A stretch of DNA of 64,000 nt from Azolla caroliniana (taxonomy: Eukaryota > Plantae > Polypodiophyta): positions 14,446,001 through 14,510,000 of the forward strand of contig JBHGNT010000020.1 in NCBI GenBank assembly GCA_043228905.1, read 5' to 3'. A program made the position numbers and the translations under genes. How positions within the stretch are numbered: the stretch's first letter is position 1; each line of letters opens with the position of its first letter. Shown here piece after piece: positions 49,701-61,400 of this stretch. The notes under the pieces are model-generated. The model saw only the letters and a list, made by a program, of their open reading frames with translations. It was not told where the DNA came from and searched no databases.

Positions 49701-52216
49701 CCAGCCCGTTCCGTTCCGGCGTCTTCGGCACAGTAAACTCGAGCCGGATTCCCTTCGAGCGACAGTACTCCTGGAACTGCCCCCGGTATTCCCCTCCGTT
49801 ATCCGCTCGTATCGCTTTCAGCTTCTTGCCGGATTCCCTTTCCACTCTCGCGTGGAGTTCTTTGAAGACGCACAACACTTGGTCCTTTTTCTTCAACGGT
49901 GCCGTCCACAGCTTCCGGCTGTGGTCATCAATGAATGTCACGAAGTACTGGGCTCCGCCATGTGACTTCGTTTCTACTTGACACACGTCAGTGTGCACCA
50001 ACTCCAATGGTGCGCTACGTCTCGTCGGTGGCCTTGAGTGGAAGGAGGTTCGGTTCTGCTTACCGGCCAGGCAATCGGTGCACTTCTCCAGGTGCACATG
50101 CTTCACTGGAATAAGGTTGTCTTCTGCAAGCCTCTTCATCCCCTTCTCACTCATGTGGCACAGTCTCTTGTGCCACAGCTCACCGGCAGTGTCGGCTGCC
50201 ACGTTCAACTCCTCCGGACACAACCAGGCATTCATAAGGTACAGTGTGTTGACTTTCCGGGCCCGAGCCACTATCAGGCTCCCCTTGCTGAACTTCATTA
50301 CGCAGTTCCGGATGCTACCTGTGTAGCCTTCATCGTCTAGCCTCCCGGCCGAAATCAGGTTCAATCGAACCTCCGGAACGTGTCGGACATCCTTCAGCAA
50401 CATTTTGCATCCGGTCGAGGTTGTCAACCACACGTCTCCTATGCCGGCAATCCGGCACGTACCTTCATTTCCCATCCGAACACAGCCATGCTCACCGGCT
50501 GTGTAGGATGAGAAGTATCTTCTTTCCGGGGTCAGGTGGAACGACGCTCCGGAATCGACCACCCAGGTAGTCTCATCGCCGGCAATGTTTAGTTCACCTT
50601 CTTCGGTGATGAGCATGATCTCCTCTTCACTTGCCGCGAGTGCCGTCGTTCCTTTCCGGTCCTGCCCTCGCCGATCCGAACCATTCCGGTCCGTGGCTCC
50701 CCGGTAAGCACCGTTCCGTTCCGAAGACTTCTTCGAATCGGTGTCGTCGGCTCCGTTGTCTTTTCGGTAATGCCGACAATTCTTTCGGAAGTGCCCCGGC
50801 TTCCCACAGTGGAAGCATGTGGGCCTTCCTCTTGACCGCGACCGGGTCCCCGACTTCTCCCGTTTTTGCGGACTCCGGTTCCGTTGTCTTCCCCGATCCG
50901 ATTCGGTAAGCAGCATCTTCGGATCGGAGGCCGGTTCTTTATCTCTCCGACGTGCTTCTTCGTTCAAAATGCTTGTCTTTACCGTTTGTAGGGACAAGTT
51001 ATCTTCGGTGCAGGAGGTGCTGAGAGTCACCACCAAGTTTTCCCAGCTTTCCGGCAATGTACACATCAGCATGATGGCTTGCATTGCATCCTCCAACGGG
51101 AACTTGATCGCCGCAAGCTGGTTCACGAATCCCATGAACGTGCTTACGTGTTCCACCATACTCTCGCCGTCCCGGTACTTGAGGTTCACTATCTTCCTCA
51201 TCAGGGAGGTCCGGTTCAACGCATTCTTCCTCTCGTAGAGGCCCGACAGCTTCTGCCACATCTCATATGCGTTGGTGTCGTTCGCCACATGTTGTAGAAC
51301 GCTCACGTCGACGTATTGCCGAATGGTTGCAACGGCTTTCCGGTTCAGAAGCCTCCATTCCGTCTCAAGTACCCCCTTGGGTATTTCCGACCTGTCGATC
51401 GGTTCATACAGGTCCCGAACAATGAGCAGATCCTCCATCTTTATCTTCCAGTCGGCGTAGTTCTGCGCATTCAGCACCATCATCCCCGGCTACCCGCTGC
51501 TGCCGCCTTCCATTTTCTGCACTGCCGCCTTCCAGATTGTTAGGAAATGGACGCTTTCAAAACCTTCACCTCTCGGCCACAACTGAGGAAACACGAATCA
51601 ATGCAGAAGTAAATCAAAAAACACAGAGAGAGACTCGAATGCACAGGGTTTGGCGTTGAAAACCCTAGACGGGAAAAACCACGGGAGTGCAAGACTCCAA
51701 CTATCACTATACGCAGGGAATGTACAATGGCGAGCTGCAAGGCGACGACCTTGAGCTCGCTGTCCTCGCCACAGGCGGCGGTATTACACAGAGGCGTCGA
51801 CCTCTTCCTTTCTCTCTCTCTCTCACTCTCTCTCTCGGCTGCTCTCACTTCGCTCCCTCTAAGTGGAAAACAGAAAAATAAGCAACAACAACAAAACTGT
51901 TTGCCCTAAGTCATATTTATACACATATGACTTTCGGGCTATTTACAAATATAGCCTAGAGGGCCCTTGGCAAACATATTCACAAATATGTCCCCGCATC
52001 CGGATCTCTCTCCGGGTACATTCGTCATCCGGCTCCGTAGCCGGGGTCTTCATCATCCGGCTCCGAAACCGGGTCTTCGTCATCCGGCTCCGTAGCCGGG
52101 GTCTTCATCATCCGGCTCCGAAATCGGGTCTTCGTCATCCGGCTCCGTAGCCGGGGTCTTCATTCCCGATTCCCGGACATCTGACCATCCCATTCGGAGG
52201 GACCGTAATCCCAACA
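46748..52216 (-). mobile_element. Full-length Ty1/copia element C with 5-bp TSD CTTTT
   Basis: LTRs 46748-47426 and 51538-52216 (679 bp, TG...CA, ~5 mismatches by eye). TSD at 46743-46747 and 52217-52221. PPT at ~47429-47437. Confidence 0.97.
47437..51483 (-). CDS. Copia Gag-Pol polyprotein (1348 aa)
   Basis: CFHCGKPGHFRKNC; WVVDSGAS; LWHKRLCH...CTDC; VHTDV...IRADNGGEY; MDVKTAFLHG; LYVDDM; FTDSD. Uninterrupted frame. Confidence 0.96.
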   Translation of the reverse strand: MMVLNAQNYADWKIKMEDLLIVRDLYEPIDRSEIPKGVLETEWRLLNRKAVATIRQYVDVSVLQHVANDTNAYEMWQKLSGLYERKNALNRTSLMRKIVNLKYRDGESMVEHVSTFMGFVNQLAAIKFPLEDAMQAIMLMCTLPESWENLVVTLSTSCTEDNLSLQTVKTSILNEEARRRDKEPASDPKMLLTESDRGRQRNRSPQKREKSGTRSRSRGRPTCFHCGKPGHFRKNCRHYRKDNGADDTDSKKSSERNGAYRGATDRNGSDRRGQDRKGTTALAASEEEIMLITEEGELNIAGDETTWVVDSGASFHLTPERRYFSSYTAGEHGCVRMGNEGTCRIAGIGDVWLTTSTGCKMLLKDVRHVPEVRLNLISAGRLDDEGYTGSIRNCVMKFSKGSLIVARARKVNTLYLMNAWLCPEELNVAADTAGELWHKRLCHMSEKGMKRLAEDNLIPVKHVHLEKCTDCLAGKQNRTSFHSRPPTRRSAPLELVHTDVCQVETKSHGGAQYFVTFIDDHSRKLWTAPLKKKDQVLCVFKELHARVERESGKKLKAIRADNGGEYRGQFQEYCRSKGIRLEFTVPKTPERNGLAERMNRTIMERVRSMLAHAKLPKGFWAEAMSTTTYVINRSPSVPLDGDMPQRVWTGREVSYRHLKVFGCLAYVHVAKDRRGKLDPKTRPCIFLGYGDDEFGYRVWDPVDKNIFRSRDIIFMEDKTLADWESEKKMKSSKSTGEDQLYEEQSRPARDRLALEDPAEDGEETEPAEEDETDTGTGPDPEMDSDEEEMEEPVTEAPERRYPLRERRAPPRRFPEPEHVLLTDEGEPESFEEAKLDTHSRRWLSAMQEEMDSLHENHTYELVELPKGKRALRNKWVFKLKPGDAGNPPRYKARIVVKGFQQKKGVDFDEIFAPVVKMTSIRTVLSIAASMDLEVEQMDVKTAFLHGDLEEEIYMQQPEGFEKKGKEHLVCRLKKSLYGLKQAPRQWYRKFDSFMTDEGYHKTQSDHCVFVKKFEGGDFLILLLYVDDMLIVGRDQVKIRMLKKALHRTFSMKDLGPARQILGMHIIRDRKKKQLWLSQEKYMTKVLHRFNMSEARPVGSTLPANCKLSSKQSPKTKAEKEDMMKVPYASAVGSLMYAMVCTRPDIGYAVGVVSRYMSNPGKEHWNAAKWILRYLKGTANVCLRFGSGKPELDGFTDSDMLADADTSRSTSGYVMTYAGGAVSWQWRLQKTVALSTTEAEYMAAVEAGKEIIWMKDFIRELGIRQEEYRLYCDSQSAIHLAKNAAYHSRTKHIQRRYHWIRERIEDQEFLLTEIHTDENGSDMLTKVLTPDKLEACRKRVGLERHPMPK

Positions 52217-52469
52217 CTTTTAGACTATTTTTTTGTTGTTAATATAGGATTTTCGTGGGCATTGACAAGATGCCAAGATGGTCGGCTCATCAAGATGTTG
52301 AATGAAGAAGATTTTAGGTTTCTCATTATGATGTGTGTTCATGGTGTGACGATAGGGATTGAAGCATAATAGTATGATGAGAGGATGAGTGACGATGGTG
52401 TGGGGGCCGAAGCATATCATGAGGGAGGAGGAAATAGTCTAGATTTATTTCATTTTTAGTTGTACAGGA

Positions 52470-53245
52470 ACTTCATTGCTGAACTTTGTTTAGAAACAAC
52501 AATTTGGGTTGGCTATTCAACAAATCATCCCTAGATGAACGTATTTTGTTGCTATTGGAACATGCAATGGCCTTAAATGGAACTGTTGATGTACATGTTA
52601 AGGCATCAAATGGACTCCTGGTTGTTGATGCTCAGTCACCAAAGAAATTTGCAGAAATGTATGTTGGGAGAGTAAGCTGGTTGAGCCAATTCGTTGGACA
52701 TGTTGATACAAGTACACGAGAGATAATAGGAAGGGTTTTTAACAAGGTTTGAAGAAGCTCATCTTACTGTATGTGCAACTGGATATATTTTGGCGCAATG
52801 TATGACTGGCATGCCAACACTTCCAATTAACAAGATGAAAAACATACTATCAAGCTTAGTTTACTTGAGAACTTCAGGAAATTCTCTCCTATCAGGAACT
52901 CTAGTGGAAGTAGTTGGTCATATTGGTCTACGGGGTTGTTTACCTCTATTTTTTGATTGTGATGAACAGTATATAGGTGTATATTGTATCAACAATGATG
53001 AGGTGACTGAAGGAAAACTAGTTTTAACATCTGTAATTCTGTTGTTCAATGATGTCATATCTTCAAAAGATTCAAAATCAGTTCAAAAAGAAATATTGCG
53101 AATTGGCATATCTGCCATGGTGGCCCTAAAAATATACTTTTGGAGGTAGCGCTGAATGCGATATTTGCATTGAGCAAGACTACAGTGGAGGAGGTGTTGT
53201 TTTCTGTAGGGGAAACTATTTGTTTTATATGGGGTGGTCTTGATT
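52470..53245 (+). pseudogene. ECM29: ECM29 (proteasome adapter) gene fragment, apparently intronless and decayed
   Basis: LLLEHAMALNGTVDVH...SWLSQFVGHVDTSTRE; RFEEAHLTVCATGYILAQC; VVGHIGLRGCLP; KSVQK; EEVLFSVGETICFIWGG. These resemble plant ECM29 as recalled from memory. Frameshifted. Confidence 0.7.
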
Positions 53246-53577
53246 AGCATTGCTTTGATGGACATGTAGGGAAAATGTGGTGAAGTGGAGAAAGACAAGG
53301 AAGTAATCTCGCATGTTGGACCACACTTATTTCAGGTTATGCCCACCAGAAACTGGGTGAAGGAATGTTGAGCAATATATGTGGCAGAGACTCCAGTGAT
53401 AAAGGCCAAAACTCTTGAGCCCATTGTTGTTGAGACTGTTAAAGCTGCATGAGTGTTCAATAGTTTTCTAGTTAATTATGTTGCAATTTTCTTTGTAATA
53501 CTGGACTTTTTTGTATATTGCCATTGGCCACTTTATGTTAATACCAATGGAGGATATTTTTATGGAAAAAAGAAAAC

Positions 53578-53581
<4 letters not shown>

Positions 53582-53620
<39 letters not shown>
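53582..53620. repeat. (GA)n microsatellite
   Basis: Pure AG run. Confidence 0.95.
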
Positions 53621-53623
<3 letters not shown>

Positions 53624-54574
53624 AGAGACTTTATTAATTGATGGTTTGTCTCTCTTTACAACCAACCGACCACACACACAGAGATTGTGGTGGCTATAGG
53701 TGCACCCTATTTTTGGGATGTACCTTTTCATATTGTTTACCCTTTCATATCATCTATTTTTCTATTTATTTATTCTAACTAATTAGTTGATTACAACATT
53801 AAATGGCTATCAACAAGTAACGTTACTACAATTAAGGATCTCAAAGAAACTGTTTGCACAAAAATTTGTAGATCTTAGTAGATCCAATTGGTGAGTGCTA
53901 TGGGTGATTACACCTAATCTCCATAAGGATCCTATTCAATCATCGTAAAGTGTTATATCCAACAATGACAACTAGAAGATTGGTTGTCTTCACAAACAAG
54001 ATATAGTGCAACTTTCCAACATTTCAACAAAAATTTATTTTGACACAGGTTTGGCAATGTAAAATTATTGGACGATGCCAAAAATGTTGTAAAGATCTAT
54101 TTCCAATGTTATAGTGAACATTCTTCTTATGTTTTAAATATTAGATGGAAACATGAGGATGCAAAGATAGACGTTTAACTCAGAGTACAAAGTGGAGAAA
54201 AAGAACCTTGATTTTTATATACTATGAAGAGCCTCTATAATTCCATTGTAAAGAAGGTGATATACAATTGGAATGTTGATTATGATGAAGGTACAAATAC
54301 CTCACATATGAGTTGAAGACGCAAGTGGAGCTCATGATCCAAAGCGAGATGAATAGCACAATTGAGATAGACACAAAAGAACCAATTGTCGAGGGGTGGG
54401 TGGGGACAAAATCTGGTTTGATGATGTAATTTCTCGACTTCTTCTCCAAGGGGGTTCAGCCGTAGGGCAGGCCAAGTGTTGATGGGGTGGGGGTGGAGCC
54501 ATTCTTGCCTCCACCTCCCCTCCCACTAGGTTGAGATATATATATATATATATATATACACAATTATTGAGAGG

Positions 54575-57500
54575 TAAAACTTCTACTACTATTCATTCAT
54601 GCCCCATGAGTGGGGTTATATAGGTACATTACATGAGGATCACAATCCAAGAACATCCAATGAGGCTTGTAGGTCAATACATAACCTTCTAACAACCTAT
54701 GCTCACTTTACAATGCTTTTCCATATTTGCACACATTCACATAAATATGCATGTCTTTACACGTAATATGCTCATACTGGCTTTTGTGCACACTTGCACA
54801 CACTTACAACAAGACTCTTCGTACAAGACTTTACACTTATCTATCCACGTACCATCACTTATTATACACTCATACACTTACAATCCCATGGAGAACACAT
54901 ATGGCACGCCCATGGGGCAGTGCCTTGCACAGTTGAACCCACATGTAGTCAATAACACAAACATCGATCCTTGGACCAGAACTTGCAATCAGAACTCCCT
55001 CGGTCTTCTCCTATCGGGTCAATTGGAACTCCATCTATTGGAACAAGCGTAACACAAACATAAACTCAACAACACAAACCTCTCATTCGGTCCAAACATC
55101 CCCTAACATGGTAACTTCGTTATACATCCAATGAGGCTTGTAGGTTAGTTACATAACCTTCTAACAACCTATACTCACTTTACAACACTTTTCCATATTT
55201 GCACACATTCACATAAATGTGCATGTGTTTACACGTGATATGCTCATACTCACTTTTGTGCACACTTGCACACACTTTCAACAATACTTTTCATACAAGA
55301 CTTTAAACTTATCTATCCACGTACCATCACATATACACTCATACACTTACAATCCCACAAATAACACCAATTGAAGTGGTCGAGCAAGAGGAAAAGATGG
55401 AAGACTCAGCAAGGCAAGAGCTCAAGACCGGGGAAGAGATACAAGAGGAAGTTTTGGTTTAACTGTTTCAGTTTAAATGATTTTGTGGTTCAATTTAGTT
55501 TGATTGAAGTTTCAAAAATTTTAACAGTTTGGTTTTAAACTGGTTTCATTTTGAGACCCTCGAACCGAACAATTGCCGATTGTTAGATGTGGTGTTGAAT
55601 TTTATATAGTTGATGGATTCTTTTGCGAGCATCTAGAACGTTCTATGATAATGGTTTTGAAATGTTTGAATCATGAATGGGAGTTTCCGAGAGCAGTGAC
55701 AAGAAAATGAAGGTATTCGAATGATGGGAATGAAAAGGATGAAAAATAGCTTAGGAGTCCATATCATATACATACTTAAACTAACTATCTATATATAAAT
55801 ACACATACAAATAGATGGCATTATACGTAGATCAACAATACAATTAGAGATATTGCAATATGCTACATTCTCTCAAATAAAGGTCCTTATGATGGATCTA
55901 AGTGGATCATCGACCCTCAAGTCGATGCAGTCAAGGAACATTGGAAATTGAGATTTTTTGAAAAGAAACCCTTGATAAGGTTGCACTGGGATTTGGGGGA
56001 ATTTTTGGCGGAAAGATCCATTTGACTTTTCGGAAAAAAGGTGTGTTTTTTTTCAGTACTCAGTTAAGATTGGACGACACATTTTGGTAGCTCAATGCAG
56101 GACTACACCATGGGCTAAACAATTTTGGACCCATCAAGGGGTCACATCCAAAATTTTAGCAAAGTTTTGGAGGACATTATGGGCAACGAAACAAGATACA
56201 ATTATTAGAATTCAAAGAGGAAGGATAAGGGTAGTGCAACAAAGTCATGGAAATTCCTTATATGTTAAAGGAAATGCAAGAGTTATGGGAGCTACTATGC
56301 ACCACCACAATGTGGTTTATTTGGACTGCTAGATGTTCTAAGGTGTTTGATGATACTTCTATTCATCCCATGGAAAGTGTACGGAACGTTTGGATGCATA
56401 TGGTGCATACTTTGGAACGGCGGTACGGTGACATTAAAGGGGAGACAGATGGTGCAGTGTTGCAAGGACTCGAATTTATCGCCTATTGGAAATAGGCCCC
56501 TTTTCTCACACTACAAAATGCAAGACCCATGTGGTTGTTAGCACCACCAGTATGGTTGTTCCCACCACCAATTATATAACTAGGTTATTGAGTGGTGATG
56601 TGTTGATACTATCTATCCTTTAGACATGGGAACCCATGGAAGAGTGCAACATATCAAAGGAATCTTGACTAACTAATGAAAGGATATTTTCAAGGGAAAA
56701 AATATATACATACAAACACTTGCAAAGATACTTGCACACATATTTCATATATTTGTATATATTCATACAAATACAAGTATGTGCATCCTCTTTATGCATA
56801 TAGAAATATAGAGTCATTAGAAACAATGCGCCTATGTGTATATTTACCCATACTTACCTATACATACACCTTCTTATACACATACACACACACATACATT
56901 TACACATACATATAGTTATGAATCTATTTACATATACATGTGTAGGCACATATATATAGATGAATATACCACCAGAAATTCTCAAACATACATAGACACA
57001 TATACATGTGTAGACACACACACACACACACATGATAAGAGATGTTGTATAAAATCCTATGTACATTGACTTAACTAATGGTAAAAAAAGAAGGAAATAG
57101 GGATGTTGAAATTGTAGAAATAGTCGACTACTCTTTAGTTATTCCTTTTGTAGTTCTATGTTCCACTTGAGTGGGAAAACCCTTACATGAGGTAGAAAGT
57201 TGAGCAACAGAAAGAAGAGGAAAAAAAATGTTTCTTTGTTTTCTAACTTTTGTATCAAAAAGACTACATGTGTTTGTAAGCTGGCTAGATTCCGAACTTT
57301 TTAAAAATCTACCCAAAAAATCACTTCACATTCTCTTCCACATTATGAAGAAAACCTACCTCCCTCAGTAGATGGCACAATTACACTAGGCTGAGGACTT
57401 TATACACACAAAGAAAACACCATGAAGAACAAGCATAAGAAAAAATACTCTTGTATTATATACAAATCCAAATATTACAAAGTGTCCCAAGAATTGGGAC

Positions 57501-57716
57501 AAAACCAAAATGTGAGTTGGGACGAGTGGAGACAACTCCACAATGATCCGGGGGGAGAGGGCACCAAGCATCAACTTCAGATAATGAGAATGAGCAAATT
57601 ACGGAATGACAAATAACGTTGGGCTAGTTGTTGGGCAATCCATTGGGACTAAAAGGGGAGAGAAACCATGGCGGCAACTCTCTTGGGACTATATTGGCTG
57701 TCTCATGAGTCCTAAC
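54575..57716 (+). repeat. Dispersed duplication copy 2 (partner 30318-33436), upstream of the RLK gene
   Basis: Colinear with copy 1. Has an extra ~470 bp formed by a ~240-bp direct repeat pair (54654-54898 and 55124-55366). Confidence 0.92.
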
Positions 57717-58343
57717 AATTTTAAATTGGCACTGTGTCCGAATTACGACAGAATGAGGACAATACAGTAGTAGTAGCATATAGTAATGTTTAAATAGACA
57801 TAGTGCGTAATGAACATTGCTAGGACTTGACATCCAAACCTACAATTTTATAGGATGGGTGATTCAGAATATATCAATCTTATCAAATGACAATCTGGAG
57901 CCGATTGTTATTCTAAAACATTGTGTCGTGAAGTAGTCATTGATAAACAATATTATGTTTTTTTGTGATAATCCCATCCTTCTACAATGTATTTGCAGCC
58001 TTCTCGAAGGATTTGCTCTACAAAAATTATTCAATGATGGATCTCATTTATCACAAAATATCAAGTGTTAGATCAAAACTTATTGTACGGAACCTACTAA
58101 AGAGTCTGAGTAGACTAAAAAGGTGAGGTTTGTGGGTGAAAAGAGAAGTCATGGACATCAGGGTGTACAATATGTAGACCCTACTTTGGTCTATAGAATT
58201 TGTTTCCTTCTGCATATCAGTAGCTGACGTTAAAAGGTCTCTCTCTAAGTGAAGAAACAAACGCGCAGTCATAATCTCTTTTAGGACTTGATATCAGCAG
58301 GTGCCCCATAATAATACGTAATTGTGGCAAACTTAATTCAATT

Positions 58344-58383
58344 TTCTTCTTCTTCTTCTTCTTCTTCTTCTTCTTCTTCTTCT
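58344..58383. repeat. (CTT)n microsatellite in the RLK 5' region
   Basis: About 13 TCT units. Confidence 0.95.
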
Positions 58384-58441
58384 CGTTTAGCTAATTATCA
58401 ACCATCGGGAGGCAACCGGTAACTAATTATCAACCATCGGA

Positions 58442-61400
58442 ATGGATGTGCTTCCTGGATGGCTTAATGTCGCTGTTTTTCTCATTACAATTAGCACCAT
58501 CTACGACCTCGTCCTTCTCCGCACTCTGGCTCAAGGAACGTGTGCGTATTTCTATATTCATGCAGCCATTCATAGATTTATCATTCATTCATAGATTCAC
58601 GAGCTCTGATTGATAGATTAAATCATCAATGTTTATACTGCAGCGGAGTTCGTGAGTGTTGATTGTGGATCATCTGCCAAGTCCAACTACACCAACTTAT
58701 TGACAGGGATGGACGTCATATGGACGCCAGACACCACGCTTTGGCCGGACATTGGGAAATGGTCAGCCACCACGACTGTTAACCCGCTCCCCATTCCGTA
58801 CTACTCCAGCATGAGTAATGAGAGTCAGTACGCCAGTATGCGCTATTTCCCCACCACTATTAATAGTAAGGCCCTGAACCAGAGCAAATTCTGCTACACC
58901 CTGCCCGCCATAGCCGGCAACTACTACTTGATCCGTGCCTCCTTCTGGTACGGCGTGGTGTCAACGATCTACGAGACACGTGTGAACGATCAAATCAGCT
59001 TTCAAGTGATTGTGGACAACTACGAAGGAGTGGAGATCGTAATTGAGATACCACAGAAACATCCATGGTTTGAAGAGATGTACATTCGTGCACAAAGCTC
59101 TTTCATGTCGGTGTGTCTGTCAGCGGCATCTGACAGCAGCGATGCCCCATTCATAAACTCTCTGGAGTTGCGTCCGCTCTCTCCAAAAATGTTATCGGTG
59201 GCCATGATCGGCAACACCAACCAAGCGATGCGCACAGTGTTACGAGAAGACTCAGGCACCCTGTCGAATGACCCACCAATCCTAAGGTTGTTACTTCTTT
59301 AATTTATAGACACATGTACCGGAATCCTGATGCTCTACAATTTATTCCATGGGCTGCAGGTATCCAAATGACACCATTGATAGGTTCTGGTGGAGATATG
59401 CGAACGAACCGACAAATGTGATGCAGACTACCCAGGATGTGGCGGTGTATAACATGCATGATTATCCTCCGGTCGCCGTAATGCAGACCAATCTCATTGG
59501 ACTCAATGTCAACTTCGATTTAGCGAACGCATACAGCCATGTGTTGACAACTGGTACAGTGACCGGCAACCACAAGTACTACGTGGCATTATTCTTCGCA
59601 GAGCTCGATCGAGGAGTCAACACTTCTGGACAACGAGTGTTCGATGTCACTGTCAATGGGGATCCGTTTGCAGAAGGCATGGACATCTACGCCGCGGCTC
59701 CAGGCTTGTATAATGGGCTTGAAGAGTACACCATAAGACCACGGGGGCCGTACTTGGACAACATCTTAATTAAGGTTACAGCCAAATCGAACTCGTTATA
59801 TTCTGCTTCAATTGCCGGTGCCGAAGTCTTGCAACTGTTTGACAACCCCATGAATGCCACCACTCCCACCTCCTCCTCCGATGGTATGTTATGCATGTAC
59901 ACACATTATGCATGTTCATTCGTCTACATTACTTAACTTCGACATGTTTGTTCGAACAGTTACGGCTCTACAAGATTTATTCGCAACCTTGGGAAGTTTT
60001 ATCGGGGACCCATGCTTGCCTCAAGGATATAAGTATCTGTGGATCGATTGTGATTATTCAAACCCACAGAAACCGGCCAGAGTAACATCTATGTGTGTGG
60101 CTTGGTTTTACAATTTCTTGTCGCTCTGTGAAGCTCATTGAGGCATCGTTTCATATTCATGCAGAGTTTTATCTAACTATAGTCTGGTGGGGAATCTTCC
60201 ATCGAGTATCAGTAACCTGGATCAGCTTGTCAAGTTGTAAGTAGATCTCTTTTGACCCAATACCATCTGAAAATGATCATTTATACTACAATTTATTGTA
60301 ATAATTGTTCATCAAATTTATGGTACAGACTTGGTATGATGTATGAGCTATCCGAAGTAATTAGTGCTAGTATGTAAACTTAAGTAGAAGTAAACAGAAG
60401 ATATTTCAACACAAGTTTGCATAATTCGGTTTGCTTTTATTTATGTGAAGTCATGGCTCACTAACACCTTTAATAATTAAAATGTGTAGGGATCTAAGCA
60501 ATAACAATTTGAGCGGTCCAATCCCTGCCACACTTTCAAATTTGCCGAAATTAGTATATCTGTAAGTATCCTGACATCGAATTTATTTCCTCACCTAAAT
60601 GCATGTCAAATGTTTTCAAAATACTTTACTGTTTTGATTTGACTTTTTAGTAACTTAGCCAACAACAACTTTAGTGGGACAGTACCAGAAACGCTCCTAC
60701 AAAAACAATCATCAGGAGTACTCCAGTTCAGGTACGTTACCATGTTTGTGAGCCGAAATAGCATTACTTACATGTTTGGAGAATCTACTATTATGACGAT
60801 ACAATTCGGAATGGTAATATCACATGTTTCTGGTAATTCATACATGATTGAGACCTACAGAATGTGAGGACACAATTTATAAGCTACAATTTCTTTGGGT
60901 GGGGGAGTATTGTAAAATGGGAATGATGGCTGAGTTAATTATGCGTTTAATCATCTATCCCTGTTCCCCATTAACACCACTGCTTGTTATGGCTGAGCAG
61001 CCATCATGAACAGAACCGTTTTTTACAAGTGCGGAGCTATTACCACAATGATAACTATGATATATGCTGACAACATCTAAGATATAACATTACAAAATTC
61101 ATTACATAATGTCCTTAAATCTCTTAATTACCTTGGTATTTTGATATAAGCTGTGGATTATATATAGAATGTGCATAGCTTTGTTACAAACACAGTAAAG
61201 AAAATAATAACACGCATGAATTTGTGCTCTGAAACGTGCTTTACTAGATTGAATTCATCATAAGTAGAAAATAATGCAGTGACAAGTAGTTTGAAGTTTT
61301 CGGTTTTTAGTTACGACGGGAATACCTTTCTATGCGCTACAAGCAATGCTACTTGCGGGAGTTCCCCATCATCATCAACACACAAAAGACTTATGATCGG

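Noticed and set aside
51520-51537. PBS for plastid-type tRNA-Cys in copia C
   Set aside because: The expected TGGAGGCGGCAC differs from the observed TGGAAGGCGGCAG, which is better explained as a duplicate of the gag start sequence.
47714-51543. Many plus-strand ORFs over copia C (and similar ones over copia B)
   Set aside because: Antisense or alternate-frame artefacts of GC-rich coding sequence with no recognisable motifs.
56620-57069. Tyr/Thr/His-rich ORFs
   Set aside because: Translations of low-complexity (CA/TA)-rich sequence.
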